From the IMG/VR virus record IMGVR_UViG_3300030737_000018, positions 1-58,749 of that record: a stretch of DNA of 58,749 nt. One strand, 5' to 3'. The position numbers and the translations under genes were made by a program. Under the pieces are notes generated by a model. The model worked only from the letters and a program-made list of their open reading frames with translations, did no database searches and was not told where the DNA came from. Source of the DNA: a virus (lineage: Duplodnaviria; Caudoviricetes). Of the stretch, positions 18,592 through 25,715 are shown in pieces (position 1 is the first letter of the stretch; every line of letters begins with the position of its first letter).

Positions 18592-18758
18592 AGGGCTACG
18601 CCCTCACGGGCCAACCGCTCCAGCATCGGCTGATGGACGTCCAAACGCATCTCGGTTTGATGATAAGTGACTTCACTCATCGGCTCCAGACTGAGCGTGG
18701 ATCGGTAGAGCAGGGTGTCGATCACCTGTTCCTGGTACGTGGGTTCGCGTTGGTTCAT
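18588..18758 (-). CDS. hypothetical protein (56 aa)
   Basis: MNQREPTYQEQV...; GAGGA RBS; ATGA overlaps at both ends. Confidence 0.55.
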   Translation of the reverse strand: MNQREPTYQEQVIDTLLYRSTLSLEPMSEVTYHQTEMRLDVHQPMLERLAREGVAL

Positions 18759-18919
18759 GGCTCAATCCTCGGGTGCAGGTCGCACTCCATCCAGTCCTCG
18801 TCTTCGAGGCTGTCGATCGGGAGCGCGGTGGGGAAGATGGCCTGATACAGCGGCGGCTTGAACTCGGCGCGCTGACGCCGCAGCTCTTCCACGAACGGTG
18901 AAGTCAACAAGTCACACAT
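18755..18919 (-). CDS. hypothetical protein (54 aa) downstream of a structured leader
   Basis: MCDLLTSPFVEELRR...; GAGGCGGGAG SD. Confidence 0.55.
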   Translation of the reverse strand: MCDLLTSPFVEELRRQRAEFKPPLYQAIFPTALPIDSLEDEDWMECDLHPRIEP

Positions 18920-18925
18920 GTCATG

Positions 18926-19013
18926 CTCCCGCCTCAGTAAGTGTGGGCTGCGGGGCGGGAGTCGATCACCAAGCTGAGGGCGGGACTGGATGACCAGGTT
19001 CCCCGCAGCCCAC
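18926..19013 (-). ncRNA. candidate cis-regulatory pseudoknot RNA that sequesters an SD
   Basis: 13-bp perfect stem 18943-55/19001-13; loop segment 18974-85 complementary to SD region 18927-37; inner hairpin 18986-97. Confidence 0.55.
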
Positions 19014-19060
19014 GCTCTTGACCGTACACACCTGCCCCGTGCGGTGCAACTATGTTTCGA

Positions 19061-19255
19061 TTACGCTTCCCACGCTTGAGCATGAACCCAGTAGCTCGGC
19101 CTTTCCGCCAGAGCAGCCCCTAGCACGTTGTCCCCTTCAACCACGGCGTTATACGCGTCGATGGCTTGGCTCAAGTCGGTTTTGGCGTCAACGTATCTAT
19201 CGCGCGCGTTGCTAAGGCGGCGTGCTGCGACTTCGTACGGATTATTCTTGCTCAT
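19061..19255 (-). CDS. hypothetical protein (64 aa)
   Basis: MSKNNPYEVAARR...; GGAG RBS. Confidence 0.55.
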   Translation of the reverse strand: MSKNNPYEVAARRLSNARDRYVDAKTDLSQAIDAYNAVVEGDNVLGAALAERPSYWVHAQAWEA

Positions 19256-19580
19256 CGTTCTGCTCCAACGGCAACTCACCCTGCACCGCTCGCTCGCCGC
19301 GGTGCCAGCACCGCACCAGCCCTTCGTCGACCAGGTAGCGCGTCTCCACACGGATGCCCCGCGACTTGCCCAGCGCCGAGAGGTAGCTGCGCTTCTGCGC
19401 CGCCTTGGCGGCGTCCTTGACCGGTACGTCAAAATACTCGCCGCTCTCGATCTGGGCCAAGGGATAGATGCTGCCCCGCGCCCCGCGCGCCTTAGCCACC
19501 CGTGGCGGCACCGGGCCTTTGCCGACGACGAACTCCGGGCCGCCGGGAACACCGCGGACTTTCTTCACTGCCTTGCTCAT
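19242..19580 (-). CDS. putative small DNA-binding protein
   Basis: Basic N-terminus; YP...IE.GE.F.VP and G.VR.W motifs. Confidence 0.55.
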   Translation of the reverse strand: MSKAVKKVRGVPGGPEFVVGKGPVPPRVAKARGARGSIYPLAQIESGEYFDVPVKDAAKAAQKRSYLSALGKSRGIRVETRYLVDEGLVRCWHRGERAVQGELPLEQNDEQE

Positions 19581-19933
19581 GGATCGACTCCGCTTGTCTT
19601 CTCCTCAGAGTCTACACCTTCCGCTATCCTACGTGCAACATACTCCCTCGCATCCATCAGGGTGCAGCTATGCCGAGCCGCGTAGGCGATCGTCGCTTCC
19701 AGCGGCAGGTTCTCGGCGATCAGGCGATCGGTGCTGATGTGTTTCACGCAGAAGTCCATGGCGTTGCGCACGGCGAACGCTTGCTGCTGCAGCTGCTTGA
19801 GCTTGACGATGGCCTCGTCTTCGGCGGTCGGGGCGTCTGGGCCCGTGATGGGGACGACTTTCCGTGCTGCACGCGCTTCGGCCTGTTCATGAAGCTCAGG
19901 AGTGTAGTGGCCTGTCTTGGGGCAGCGGGTCAT
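19577..19933 (-). CDS. hypothetical protein
   Basis: MTRCPKTGHY... coupled ORF. Confidence 0.55.
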   Translation of the reverse strand: MTRCPKTGHYTPELHEQAEARAARKVVPITGPDAPTAEDEAIVKLKQLQQQAFAVRNAMDFCVKHISTDRLIAENLPLEATIAYAARHSCTLMDAREYVARRIAEGVDSEEKTSGVDP

Positions 19934-20124
19934 GGCGTTGTTTCCACAGTGACGCCCAACAACTCGGGCGCGTAGGTTTTGATCATGCGCAGTGCCAGCT
20001 CTGGCTGCCCCACGATGCGATGCTCCAGTTCCCAGCAACCATCACACATCTTCGTGCCCAGCATTGGCGTAAGTATGCTGCACCACTTGCACGGCACTCT
20101 CGGACTGTCGTCAATCCCGCTCAT
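19930..20124 (-). CDS. small zinc-finger-like protein
   Basis: CKWC...T.MCDGCWELE. Confidence 0.6.
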   Translation of the reverse strand: MSGIDDSPRVPCKWCSILTPMLGTKMCDGCWELEHRIVGQPELALRMIKTYAPELLGVTVETTP

Positions 20125-20426
20125 TCCCCCAACTCCCCGCACTCAAACGCATCGCGCAGGGCATCCTGTCGCGAGTCGAAATACCCCGCACCGTCTTTGG
20201 CCGACGCCCACTGGTAACCTTTGGGGCAGCGGGTGATGCGCACGACATACTCGCGTGCCCGCGCTTCCAGGTCGAACAGGGTCAGGGGTGTGGGTGAGGT
20301 TTCGGCGATGACCAGGCCGCGGTGTTTGCGGCGCTGGGCGGCGTACCAGCGGTCGATGGCTTCGAGGCTGGCGAAGTTGTGCGGTGCCGTGTGGCCGCGG
20401 CTGTCGGCGATGGTGGCGTGGATCAT
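20121..20426 (-). CDS. hypothetical protein
   Basis: 101-aa coupled ORF. Confidence 0.55.
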   Translation of the reverse strand: MIHATIADSRGHTAPHNFASLEAIDRWYAAQRRKHRGLVIAETSPTPLTLFDLEARAREYVVRITRCPKGYQWASAKDGAGYFDSRQDALRDAFECGELGE

Positions 20427-20668
20427 GGCAATAGGGCTCTAGGTTCGTCGAAGGGTTGGCCGGTGTAGTCCGGCCGGGTAAGCATCGCCCATGTGTCCGG
20501 GTCGAGACTTATGCGTACTGTTAGAACAAAGAAGGGATCGATGTTGAGGCGCCGGCAAGCGTTGATCTGGTCGGCGTAGCCTGCCACGAAAGCGACGAAC
20601 CGCTCACCCGTATCGGTATGGCCGGAAGCGATGAAGCCTGCAAGATCGTGGACGACCTTGTCTTTCAT
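20423..20668 (-). CDS. hypothetical protein
   Basis: 81-aa coupled ORF. Confidence 0.55.
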   Translation of the reverse strand: MKDKVVHDLAGFIASGHTDTGERFVAFVAGYADQINACRRLNIDPFFVLTVRISLDPDTWAMLTRPDYTGQPFDEPRALLP

Positions 20669-21009
20669 GACTCAGGCTCCGTGCAATGGATCTTCACAAT
20701 GACATGGCCCGGCTGCAGTTGGCGCGGGGGTTCGTTGCCAATATAGGCGGTGTGGCTTACAGGGGCGTCACGACCCAGCGCTTGCAGCACGCCGCTGGGT
20801 AGCGCCATGAACAGGTCGAGTTTGCGAGGTTCGATTTTGTACTTATGTCCCTGGAAATCGAAACAATACTCATCTTTAGTCACTTCGCACCACACGTTGT
20901 GGTCGGATGTTTTTCCGTCGAGGTCTATAGCAATAACCCGGGGGCACTCCAACACTCGCCTCCCCGCCATGTGCGCCTGGATGATGTCGATCTGTTGTTG
21001 CTGGTTCAT
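20665..21009 (-). CDS. hypothetical protein
   Basis: IIQAH..G..V...FDF....Y.IEP pattern. Confidence 0.6.
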   Translation of the reverse strand: MNQQQQIDIIQAHMAGRRVLECPRVIAIDLDGKTSDHNVWCEVTKDEYCFDFQGHKYKIEPRKLDLFMALPSGVLQALGRDAPVSHTAYIGNEPPRQLQPGHVIVKIHCTEPES

Positions 21010-21209
21010 TACCAGTTACCCCCTGCCGTGTCTGCTTCGCCAAATGTGCATGGGCCACAAAGCCCCGTGACTGGCACGACGGGCGTTTGCCCACACACTT
21101 CGCACTCGTGGTTCCAGTCCGGCTCCGTGCTGTTCGGATCAAGCGCCAGCGGTTCTTTGCTGCTCGGGTCCATGTGGCCTTCGCGTTGCTTCTGGCGTTT
21201 CTTACTCAT
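21009..21209 (-). CDS. small zinc-finger-like protein
   Basis: CEVCGQTP....TGLCGPCTFGEA. Confidence 0.6.
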   Translation of the reverse strand: MSKKRQKQREGHMDPSSKEPLALDPNSTEPDWNHECEVCGQTPVVPVTGLCGPCTFGEADTAGGNW

Positions 21210-21420
21210 GGTCTTTCCTATACTCGGCTTGGGCTTCGGCCAGCAACTGAGCATACTCGCGGAAGAAAGCGGACTGCGCACATTCGAAGGTAGCATCGAC
21301 GTCTTCCCAGTTGATCTCCCCACCACGCGCTTCGCCGCGTGCGTAGTCGCCCAGCAAATTCAATACGCAGTCCAGCGCGGCTTGCTTCTGGCGTTCTGTC
21401 ATGGCTTCAATGGTTAGCAT
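21202..21420 (-). CDS. hypothetical protein
   Basis: 72-aa ORF, GGAGGT RBS. Confidence 0.6.
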   Translation of the reverse strand: MLTIEAMTERQKQAALDCVLNLLGDYARGEARGGEINWEDVDATFECAQSAFFREYAQLLAEAQAEYRKDHE

Positions 21421-21566
21421 ACTTTTACCTCCGCATCCGGTTCACTGTCTCGTGTATTAACTTCGCTCGGCGGCTCATGGTGAAACCCCGCCATCGCGTA
21501 GCGATAGGCCCACTCCGCGCGGCGTTGGTCGTTGCTCGGGGCTTCGGTGGTGTGGGTGACGATCAT
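21414..21566 (-). CDS. hypothetical protein (50 aa)
   Basis: MIVTHTTEAP...; GGAGGAGGT RBS. Confidence 0.5.
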   Translation of the reverse strand: MIVTHTTEAPSNDQRRAEWAYRYAMAGFHHEPPSEVNTRDSEPDAEVKVC

Positions 21567-21721
21567 GGATTTACCTCCTCCAGCCATCCCACGATGACGA
21601 CGGCAAAGCCCAGGCCGATCGCCAGGCACGCCGCACCGGTCACCAGCCAGTAGCCCAGCTTGTACCCGAGCTGGTATAGCACGGTGCGGTGCCGGGTATA
21701 GAGTATCTGCAGTACGTTCAT
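21563..21721 (-). CDS. small membrane protein (52 aa)
   Basis: YWLVTGAACLAIGLGFAVVIVGWL transmembrane segment; ATGA overlaps. Confidence 0.55.
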   Translation of the reverse strand: MNVLQILYTRHRTVLYQLGYKLGYWLVTGAACLAIGLGFAVVIVGWLEEVNP

Positions 21722-21897
21722 GCGGCTTTCTCCATCCGGTCTTCATGGAAGGCTTCGAGCGCTTGCCGGGCCTCCCGCTCGGTGGCGAACGGCTCCTGTC
21801 GGATAGGCCGGGCACAGAAACAGGGTACGTAGACCCACGATCCGTCGCCCACTCCCGCGCTTTGACGGACGATCTTATAGCGGCAGTCCAGGGTCAT
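21718..21897 (-). CDS. hypothetical protein
   Basis: MTLDCRYKIV... coupled ORF. Confidence 0.5.
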   Translation of the reverse strand: MTLDCRYKIVRQSAGVGDGSWVYVPCFCARPIRQEPFATEREARQALEAFHEDRMEKAA

Positions 21898-22046
21898 CAC
21901 GGCTTGCTCCCGCTGTTCGCGAACATTTTTGCGCCTTCGCGCATCATGGCCGGTATCGGGGCTTCGAAATTCACGGACGTTTCGGTGCAAAGGGACGCTT
22001 CAAACCCGGCGAGCACAGCCAGTGCTTCTGCTTCATGGTTGTTCAT
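21897..22046 (-). CDS. hypothetical protein (49 aa)
   Basis: MNNHEAEALAV...; overlaps both neighbours. Confidence 0.45.
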   Translation of the reverse strand: MNNHEAEALAVLAGFEASLCTETSVNFEAPIPAMMREGAKMFANSGSKP

Positions 22047-22408
22047 GGCGACTTCCCCTGCTTCGCCGCGCGCAAGATGTAGTCAGCTGCCTGCCCTACT
22101 GCGCGCGCCTCAACATCAAGCCATCCCTCGCGTGCGTTCGGGCGGCGCTCGCCGCCGTGAGTTTTCTTCAGCTCCGACGGGCTGCAGGTACGCGCCGCGA
22201 TATCGTCGTCATAGACCAGCCCGCAACCGCCGTAGGCCCACTGGCTCCAATCGTCCGCGCCGTTCAGCATGTTTTCTTTCGTGGGCTCCAACCCGTTCTC
22301 TTCCAAGCACTGCAGCAAGTCCGCTGCGTAGGCTTTGACTCCACGTGTCCATGCGCTGCGGGTCGGCATATCGGCGATCAACGTCGTGTAGTCCATATCG
22401 TTGCTCAT
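22043..22408 (-). CDS. conserved hypothetical early protein
   Basis: RSAW.RGV..YA..L, LNGA.DW.Q...GGC.L.YD.DIA.R.C.PSELKK motifs. Confidence 0.7.
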   Translation of the reverse strand: MSNDMDYTTLIADMPTRSAWTRGVKAYAADLLQCLEENGLEPTKENMLNGADDWSQWAYGGCGLVYDDDIAARTCSPSELKKTHGGERRPNAREGWLDVEARAVGQAADYILRAAKQGKSP

Positions 22409-22617
22409 AGCACGGTCTCCACGGGCGCGTACTGCGTGAACCAACGCTGGCCGACGACTACCCCACGGCGGACGGTTCTACCGTCTTTACGATCGCAGTA
22501 CATCGGCGATATCCTGCCGCCCCCGCAACGGTCGCGCAACTCGCGCTGCGTACGTGCCCACTCTTTGTTGCCGTACTGGTCGATCCACAGATACGTGGTT
22601 TTCGCTTTCTTGCCCAT
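22405..22617 (-). CDS. hypothetical early protein (70 aa)
   Basis: IDQYG..W.RT..ELR....GG.IS.MY.D; GGAGAG RBS. Confidence 0.65.
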   Translation of the reverse strand: MGKKAKTTYLWIDQYGNKEWARTQRELRDRCGGGRISPMYCDRKDGRTVRRGVVVGQRWFTQYAPVETVL

Positions 22618-22647
22618 CTCGCTCTCCGGTTGGTGTTTTGGCACCCC

Positions 22648-22677
22648 AAAGGCGCGGCACCTTGTGAGTGCCGCGCC
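22648..22677 (-). terminator. terminator/attenuator hairpin in an early leader
   Basis: GGCGCGGCAC-7 nt-GTGCCGCGCC 10-bp stem followed by TTT on the minus strand. Confidence 0.55.
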
Positions 22678-22780
22678 GCATACCGCATCCAGGTTCGATT
22701 CATTCACTAAGGCTATAAAGGCTTGGTTAGTCCATAGTGCATCACCTCGCTGAGGTAGCTTGGCCTTTCGGTGAGGTTCT

Positions 22781-22809
22781 AAGGTATCAGCCTTTCCCGT
22801 GTCAGTCAA
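22781..22809 (-). promoter_or_regulatory. sigma70-like early promoter
   Basis: TTGACT-17 nt-TACCTT. Confidence 0.6.
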
Positions 22810-22823
22810 GTGGTTTCTATACC

Positions 22824-23453
22824 TTAATCTTTCGCCGGCTCCGGGAAGTCAAACGGCCAGGTGGGGTCGGTGTTGGCCTGGGCCTGTTCGTACGCTGCAG
22901 TCTCCCGAGCGATTCTCGCGTTGTAGGCGTCTACAAGGGCTTGCTGCCTCGCGGTTCTGGCTTGCTCGCGCTGCGCTTTGACTTCGCGGTTGTGGCGGGC
23001 GAAAAAGGCGCGGTCCGTCTCGCGTCTCTGCTGTTTAAGGCGGTGCTCCCGGTTGACGCACGCACGCTCTACCAGCCATACGATCGCCGTGCGTAGGGTG
23101 CTGCCTTGTGTCGGCGTATAGGTCACCGTCCATCCTTCGCCCCACGGCTGGATCGCCAGCGCCTTTTGCACGTTCGCTTCCATCAGGTCCGCGTCGGATC
23201 GGCCAGGCAGAGCATTAAAGCGGGTGAAGGCCGCTCGCAGCTCAGTCACTTCGCGGCAGCGCTTGCGGCAATAGCGGTTGTACTCCAGCGCCGTTTTGAA
23301 GTCTTCGGCGCGGGCCGCGTTGCGCTGCATAGCGAGGATGGCCAGCAGCTCCAATAGGTAAGGGGTGTCGGGCCGGGCAGCGCCAAGCAAGCGGCGGGCA
23401 AGGGGCAGGATTCTAAGTCGGGCTTGCGGAGAATGAGTCAGGGTGCGTTGCAT
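22824..23453 (-). CDS. hypothetical Arg/Ala-rich early protein
   Basis: 209-aa ORF, GAGG RBS, upstream TATAAT at 23484-23489. Confidence 0.6.
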   Translation of the reverse strand: MQRTLTHSPQARLRILPLARRLLGAARPDTPYLLELLAILAMQRNAARAEDFKTALEYNRYCRKRCREVTELRAAFTRFNALPGRSDADLMEANVQKALAIQPWGEGWTVTYTPTQGSTLRTAIVWLVERACVNREHRLKQQRRETDRAFFARHNREVKAQREQARTARQQALVDAYNARIARETAAYEQAQANTDPTWPFDFPEPAKD

Positions 23454-23509
23454 GGGGCAGCCTCGCGTGTTGTAGGTGGGTCGATTATAGGCGAAATGAG
23501 GGGCGAAGG

Positions 23510-24015
23510 TGTAGCCCGTGCGTCTGTAACGCGTGTAATTTTGTTACGGCAAAGTGTAGCATTACTATATTTGTAGTACCACAGCGGTAAAGTAACTACG
23601 TTGCAGGTGTTATTTATTTAGGGCTAAAGCGTAGCTCATACGCTTGTTGCGCGAGTTGTCGATTTTGAGGCTGAAGCGTAGCTTTGCAAAATGTAGCGTA
23701 TGCAACCAGTTTTGGGATTAATGACACAGGGGTAAATGTAACGCATAACATGAGTCGTGGCGCGGGTTGCGGCGGTTTGGTCCGGCGTTGTAACAGAGTT
23801 GTTGCGTTCTAGGAGACTAGCTTAATTCTACTGGGGAAAAGCTGCCTCAACTCGGCGGAGGGGGTACTAGGAGTTTTTTGTATGTCTATTTGGAGCATTA
23901 CATTACTAATCAACTAACTCAATCACTCTCCATCCCTTGCAAACACTGGCGTAACCTGTAGCCCACGATTTGTGGCGTTATGGTCCTATCTACTACACGC
24001 TTTTTGTATGTTACA
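23510..24015. repeat. dispersed YGTARC hexamer array, candidate replication origin
   Basis: 12 exact copies in about 510 AT-richer non-coding nt; 15-nt direct repeat GGCTRAAGCGTAGCT at 23622 and 23669. Confidence 0.6.
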
Positions 24016-24029
24016 TAACGACACCCACG

Positions 24030-24053
24030 AAAAAGCCGCCTTTCGGCGGCTTT
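24030..24053 (-). terminator. rho-independent terminator, possibly bidirectional
   Basis: AAAGCCGCC-GAAA-GGCGGCTTTTT on the minus strand. Confidence 0.8.
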
Positions 24054-24091
24054 GTGGCTTCTTGGCACGGGGTTTGCTTGCTTCGCTGGCT

Positions 24092-24187
24092 TTATTTCAG
24101 GCAATTAACCGTGAATCGCGTGCGGCGCCACGCCAAGCCGCCATCATCACTGACGTACCAGGCGCCTAAGGTGTAGAGATACTTCAC
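24092..24187 (-). CDS. small hypothetical protein (31 aa)
   Basis: GTG overlaps the upstream TGA; VKYLYTLGAWYVSDDGGLAWRRTRFTVNCLK; followed by the terminator. Confidence 0.45.
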   Translation of the reverse strand: MKYLYTLGAWYVSDDGGLAWRRTRFTVNCLK

Positions 24188-24381
24188 GGATCAACCCTCC
24201 CCGTGGCCCACGCTTCCGCCATGAACCATTCCGGCAGTCCGTTGCACTCCGTGCCGTCCTGTTCTTTTGTGGAGTAGTACCATTCCCCTTCGAACTCTGC
24301 CGCACTTACCACGACGCCCGTGCAATCAACGCCATCGGCGGGGTAACGCACCGCGTCGCCTGCTTTGAACTTTGCCCCCAT
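24184..24381 (-). CDS. hypothetical early protein (SH3-like pattern)
   Basis: KFKAGDAVRY....GVV; GGGAG RBS; strong upstream promoter. Confidence 0.65.
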   Translation of the reverse strand: MGAKFKAGDAVRYPADGVDCTGVVVSAAEFEGEWYYSTKEQDGTECNGLPEWFMAEAWATGRVDP

Positions 24382-24414
24382 CTCGCTCTCCCATCTAGTT
24401 AAGTGAACGTCGCC

Positions 24415-24444
24415 ATTCTATATCTAATCGTGTCAGTCCGTCAA
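24415..24444 (-). promoter_or_regulatory. sigma70-like early promoter
   Basis: TTGACG-18 nt-TAGAAT. Confidence 0.65.
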
Positions 24445-24807
24445 GTATCAGTGTTACTTCCTAGCTAAGCAAGCATCGTGCCAACGGCGCTAGGGCGGAG
24501 CCGCCGCTTATGCGTCGTGCATGGGGGTCATTTCGCAAGCCTAGGGATCGGGTGCGTAGCGTTTAGCCGTCTAGATGTCCAAATGACGTTGTGCTGCGCT
24601 GCTGTCGAGGCCGGTGTGGCACCCCCATGCGGACCAGGCGGTGCGAGGGGCGGGGCGGGGCAAACTCTCACCCCTAAACTCTCGTCCAACAGAATACGCC
24701 CTAGAAACCAGGCCCCGCCAAAAATCCCATCCCCAGAAAATTTTTCACCCCGCCGTAGATTTTGCCCGTAGCATCCGATACACTACAGCCGAGAAGGAGA
24801 AACCTCC

Positions 24808-25026
24808 ATGATGCAGTGCGTAGGTATTTGTGGCCATTGCGGCGGCCAAGTTATGGCCTATGAAGGCCTGTGGGGAAGCATTACGCCGCCCCCTCCGCCG
24901 ACGTGCAGTAGTTGCAGCTACACGACCGAAGGAAGCCAGCCGAGTGTCTTGCCGATGGAGCCGCCGCGCTATGGCGATTTTAATCACTGGCCTGGGGCGC
25001 CGCAGTCTCGCGTAAGGATGGGCTGA
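24808..25026 (+). CDS. small zinc-ribbon-like protein
   Basis: CGHCGG...CSSC; AAGGAG RBS. Confidence 0.6.
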   Translation: MMQCVGICGHCGGQVMAYEGLWGSITPPPPPTCSSCSYTTEGSQPSVLPMEPPRYGDFNHWPGAPQSRVRMG

Positions 25027-25029
25027 GTT

Positions 25030-25158
25030 ATGTTCTGAGCCTTCGCCGTCCCCCTGCTCGTCCTGACCCTGCTCGTCCTGACCCTGCTCATCGGTGGTTA
25101 CGCGGTGGGCCGCTACATCGACTACCTGACCAGCGAAGGGAGTGGCGAGGATGAGTAA
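25030..25158 (+). pseudogene. membrane peptide gene interrupted by TGA at codon 3
   Basis: ATG TTC TGA GCC TTC... gives MF*AFAVPLLVLTLLVLTLLIGGYAVGRYIDYLTSEGSGEDE; contains tandem 15-nt repeat CTGCTCGTCCTGACC x2. Confidence 0.45.
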
Positions 25159-25185
25159 CGTGTTTAAGTTCACTGGATGGGTACA

Positions 25186-25217
25186 CCCCCACCCCCCCCC
25201 CCCCCCCCCCCCCCCCC
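25186..25217. repeat. homopolymer C5-A-C26
   Basis: Counted directly in the sequence. Confidence 0.9.
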
Positions 25218-25231
25218 GAGGGCGGCGCTGC

Positions 25232-25259
25232 TTGACACCCTCCCCCGACCGCGTAATCT
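25232..25259 (+). promoter_or_regulatory. possible sigma70 promoter
   Basis: TTGACA-16 nt-TAATCT upstream of the 25287 ORF. Confidence 0.35.
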
Positions 25260-25286
25260 ACACTCCTCACCCGCAGGACGCCCTCC

Positions 25287-25541
25287 ATGGAATGGCTCAG
25301 CGATACCCACGCCCACCGCATCTTCGAGCGCATCGAAGCACTGGAGAAAAACATCATGTCTGGACTCACCGATCTGCAGGCGGCTGTGGCCGCCAACACT
25401 GCGGCAACGAACGCCGCTGTCGCTGCACTGGCCGGGGGCGACAATGACGCCACCATCGAAGCCCTGGCGCAGACCCTCGTAGCCAACAACACCGCGCTGA
25501 CCAACGCCGTCACGCCACCGGCACCGCCGGTGGCCAGTTGA
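25287..25541 (+). CDS. small Ala-rich coiled-coil protein
   Basis: AGGA RBS; LTDLQAAVAANT...L..AV pattern. Confidence 0.65.
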   Translation: MEWLSDTHAHRIFERIEALEKNIMSGLTDLQAAVAANTAATNAAVAALAGGDNDATIEALAQTLVANNTALTNAVTPPAPPVAS

Positions 25542-25632
25542 CAAGCCAGCAACACCATGCGACTCTAACCCTGCGCAACAACGACTCCCCCTCGGTAGTG
25601 CGCCCAGCGGCCCCGTCCAAGAGCCGTGCCCC

Positions 25633-25668
25633 AGACCCCTGTACCGTCCGGTTGCAGGGGTCTTTTTT
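25633..25668 (+). terminator. rho-independent terminator
   Basis: AGACCCCTG...CAGGGGTCT followed by a T-run. Confidence 0.7.
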
Positions 25669-25715
25669 ATGGGCGATACTGAAGCCATGGCTGACCCGCC
25701 CGCTGATGACTTCCG

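Noticed and set aside
18943-19013. tRNA gene (GAUCGACUCCC resembles a T-loop)
   Set aside because: No D or anticodon arm geometry, a 13-bp closing stem and no CCA; kept only as a candidate structured RNA
19918-20234. 14-nt repeat TTGGGGCAGCGGGT encoding TRCPK in two nearby genes
   Set aside because: Only two copies, both coding; chance or an old recombination scar cannot be distinguished
25036-25038. Genome-wide TGA recoding
   Set aside because: Most genes end in TGA with ATGA/TGATG coupling, and long conserved genes have no internal TGA
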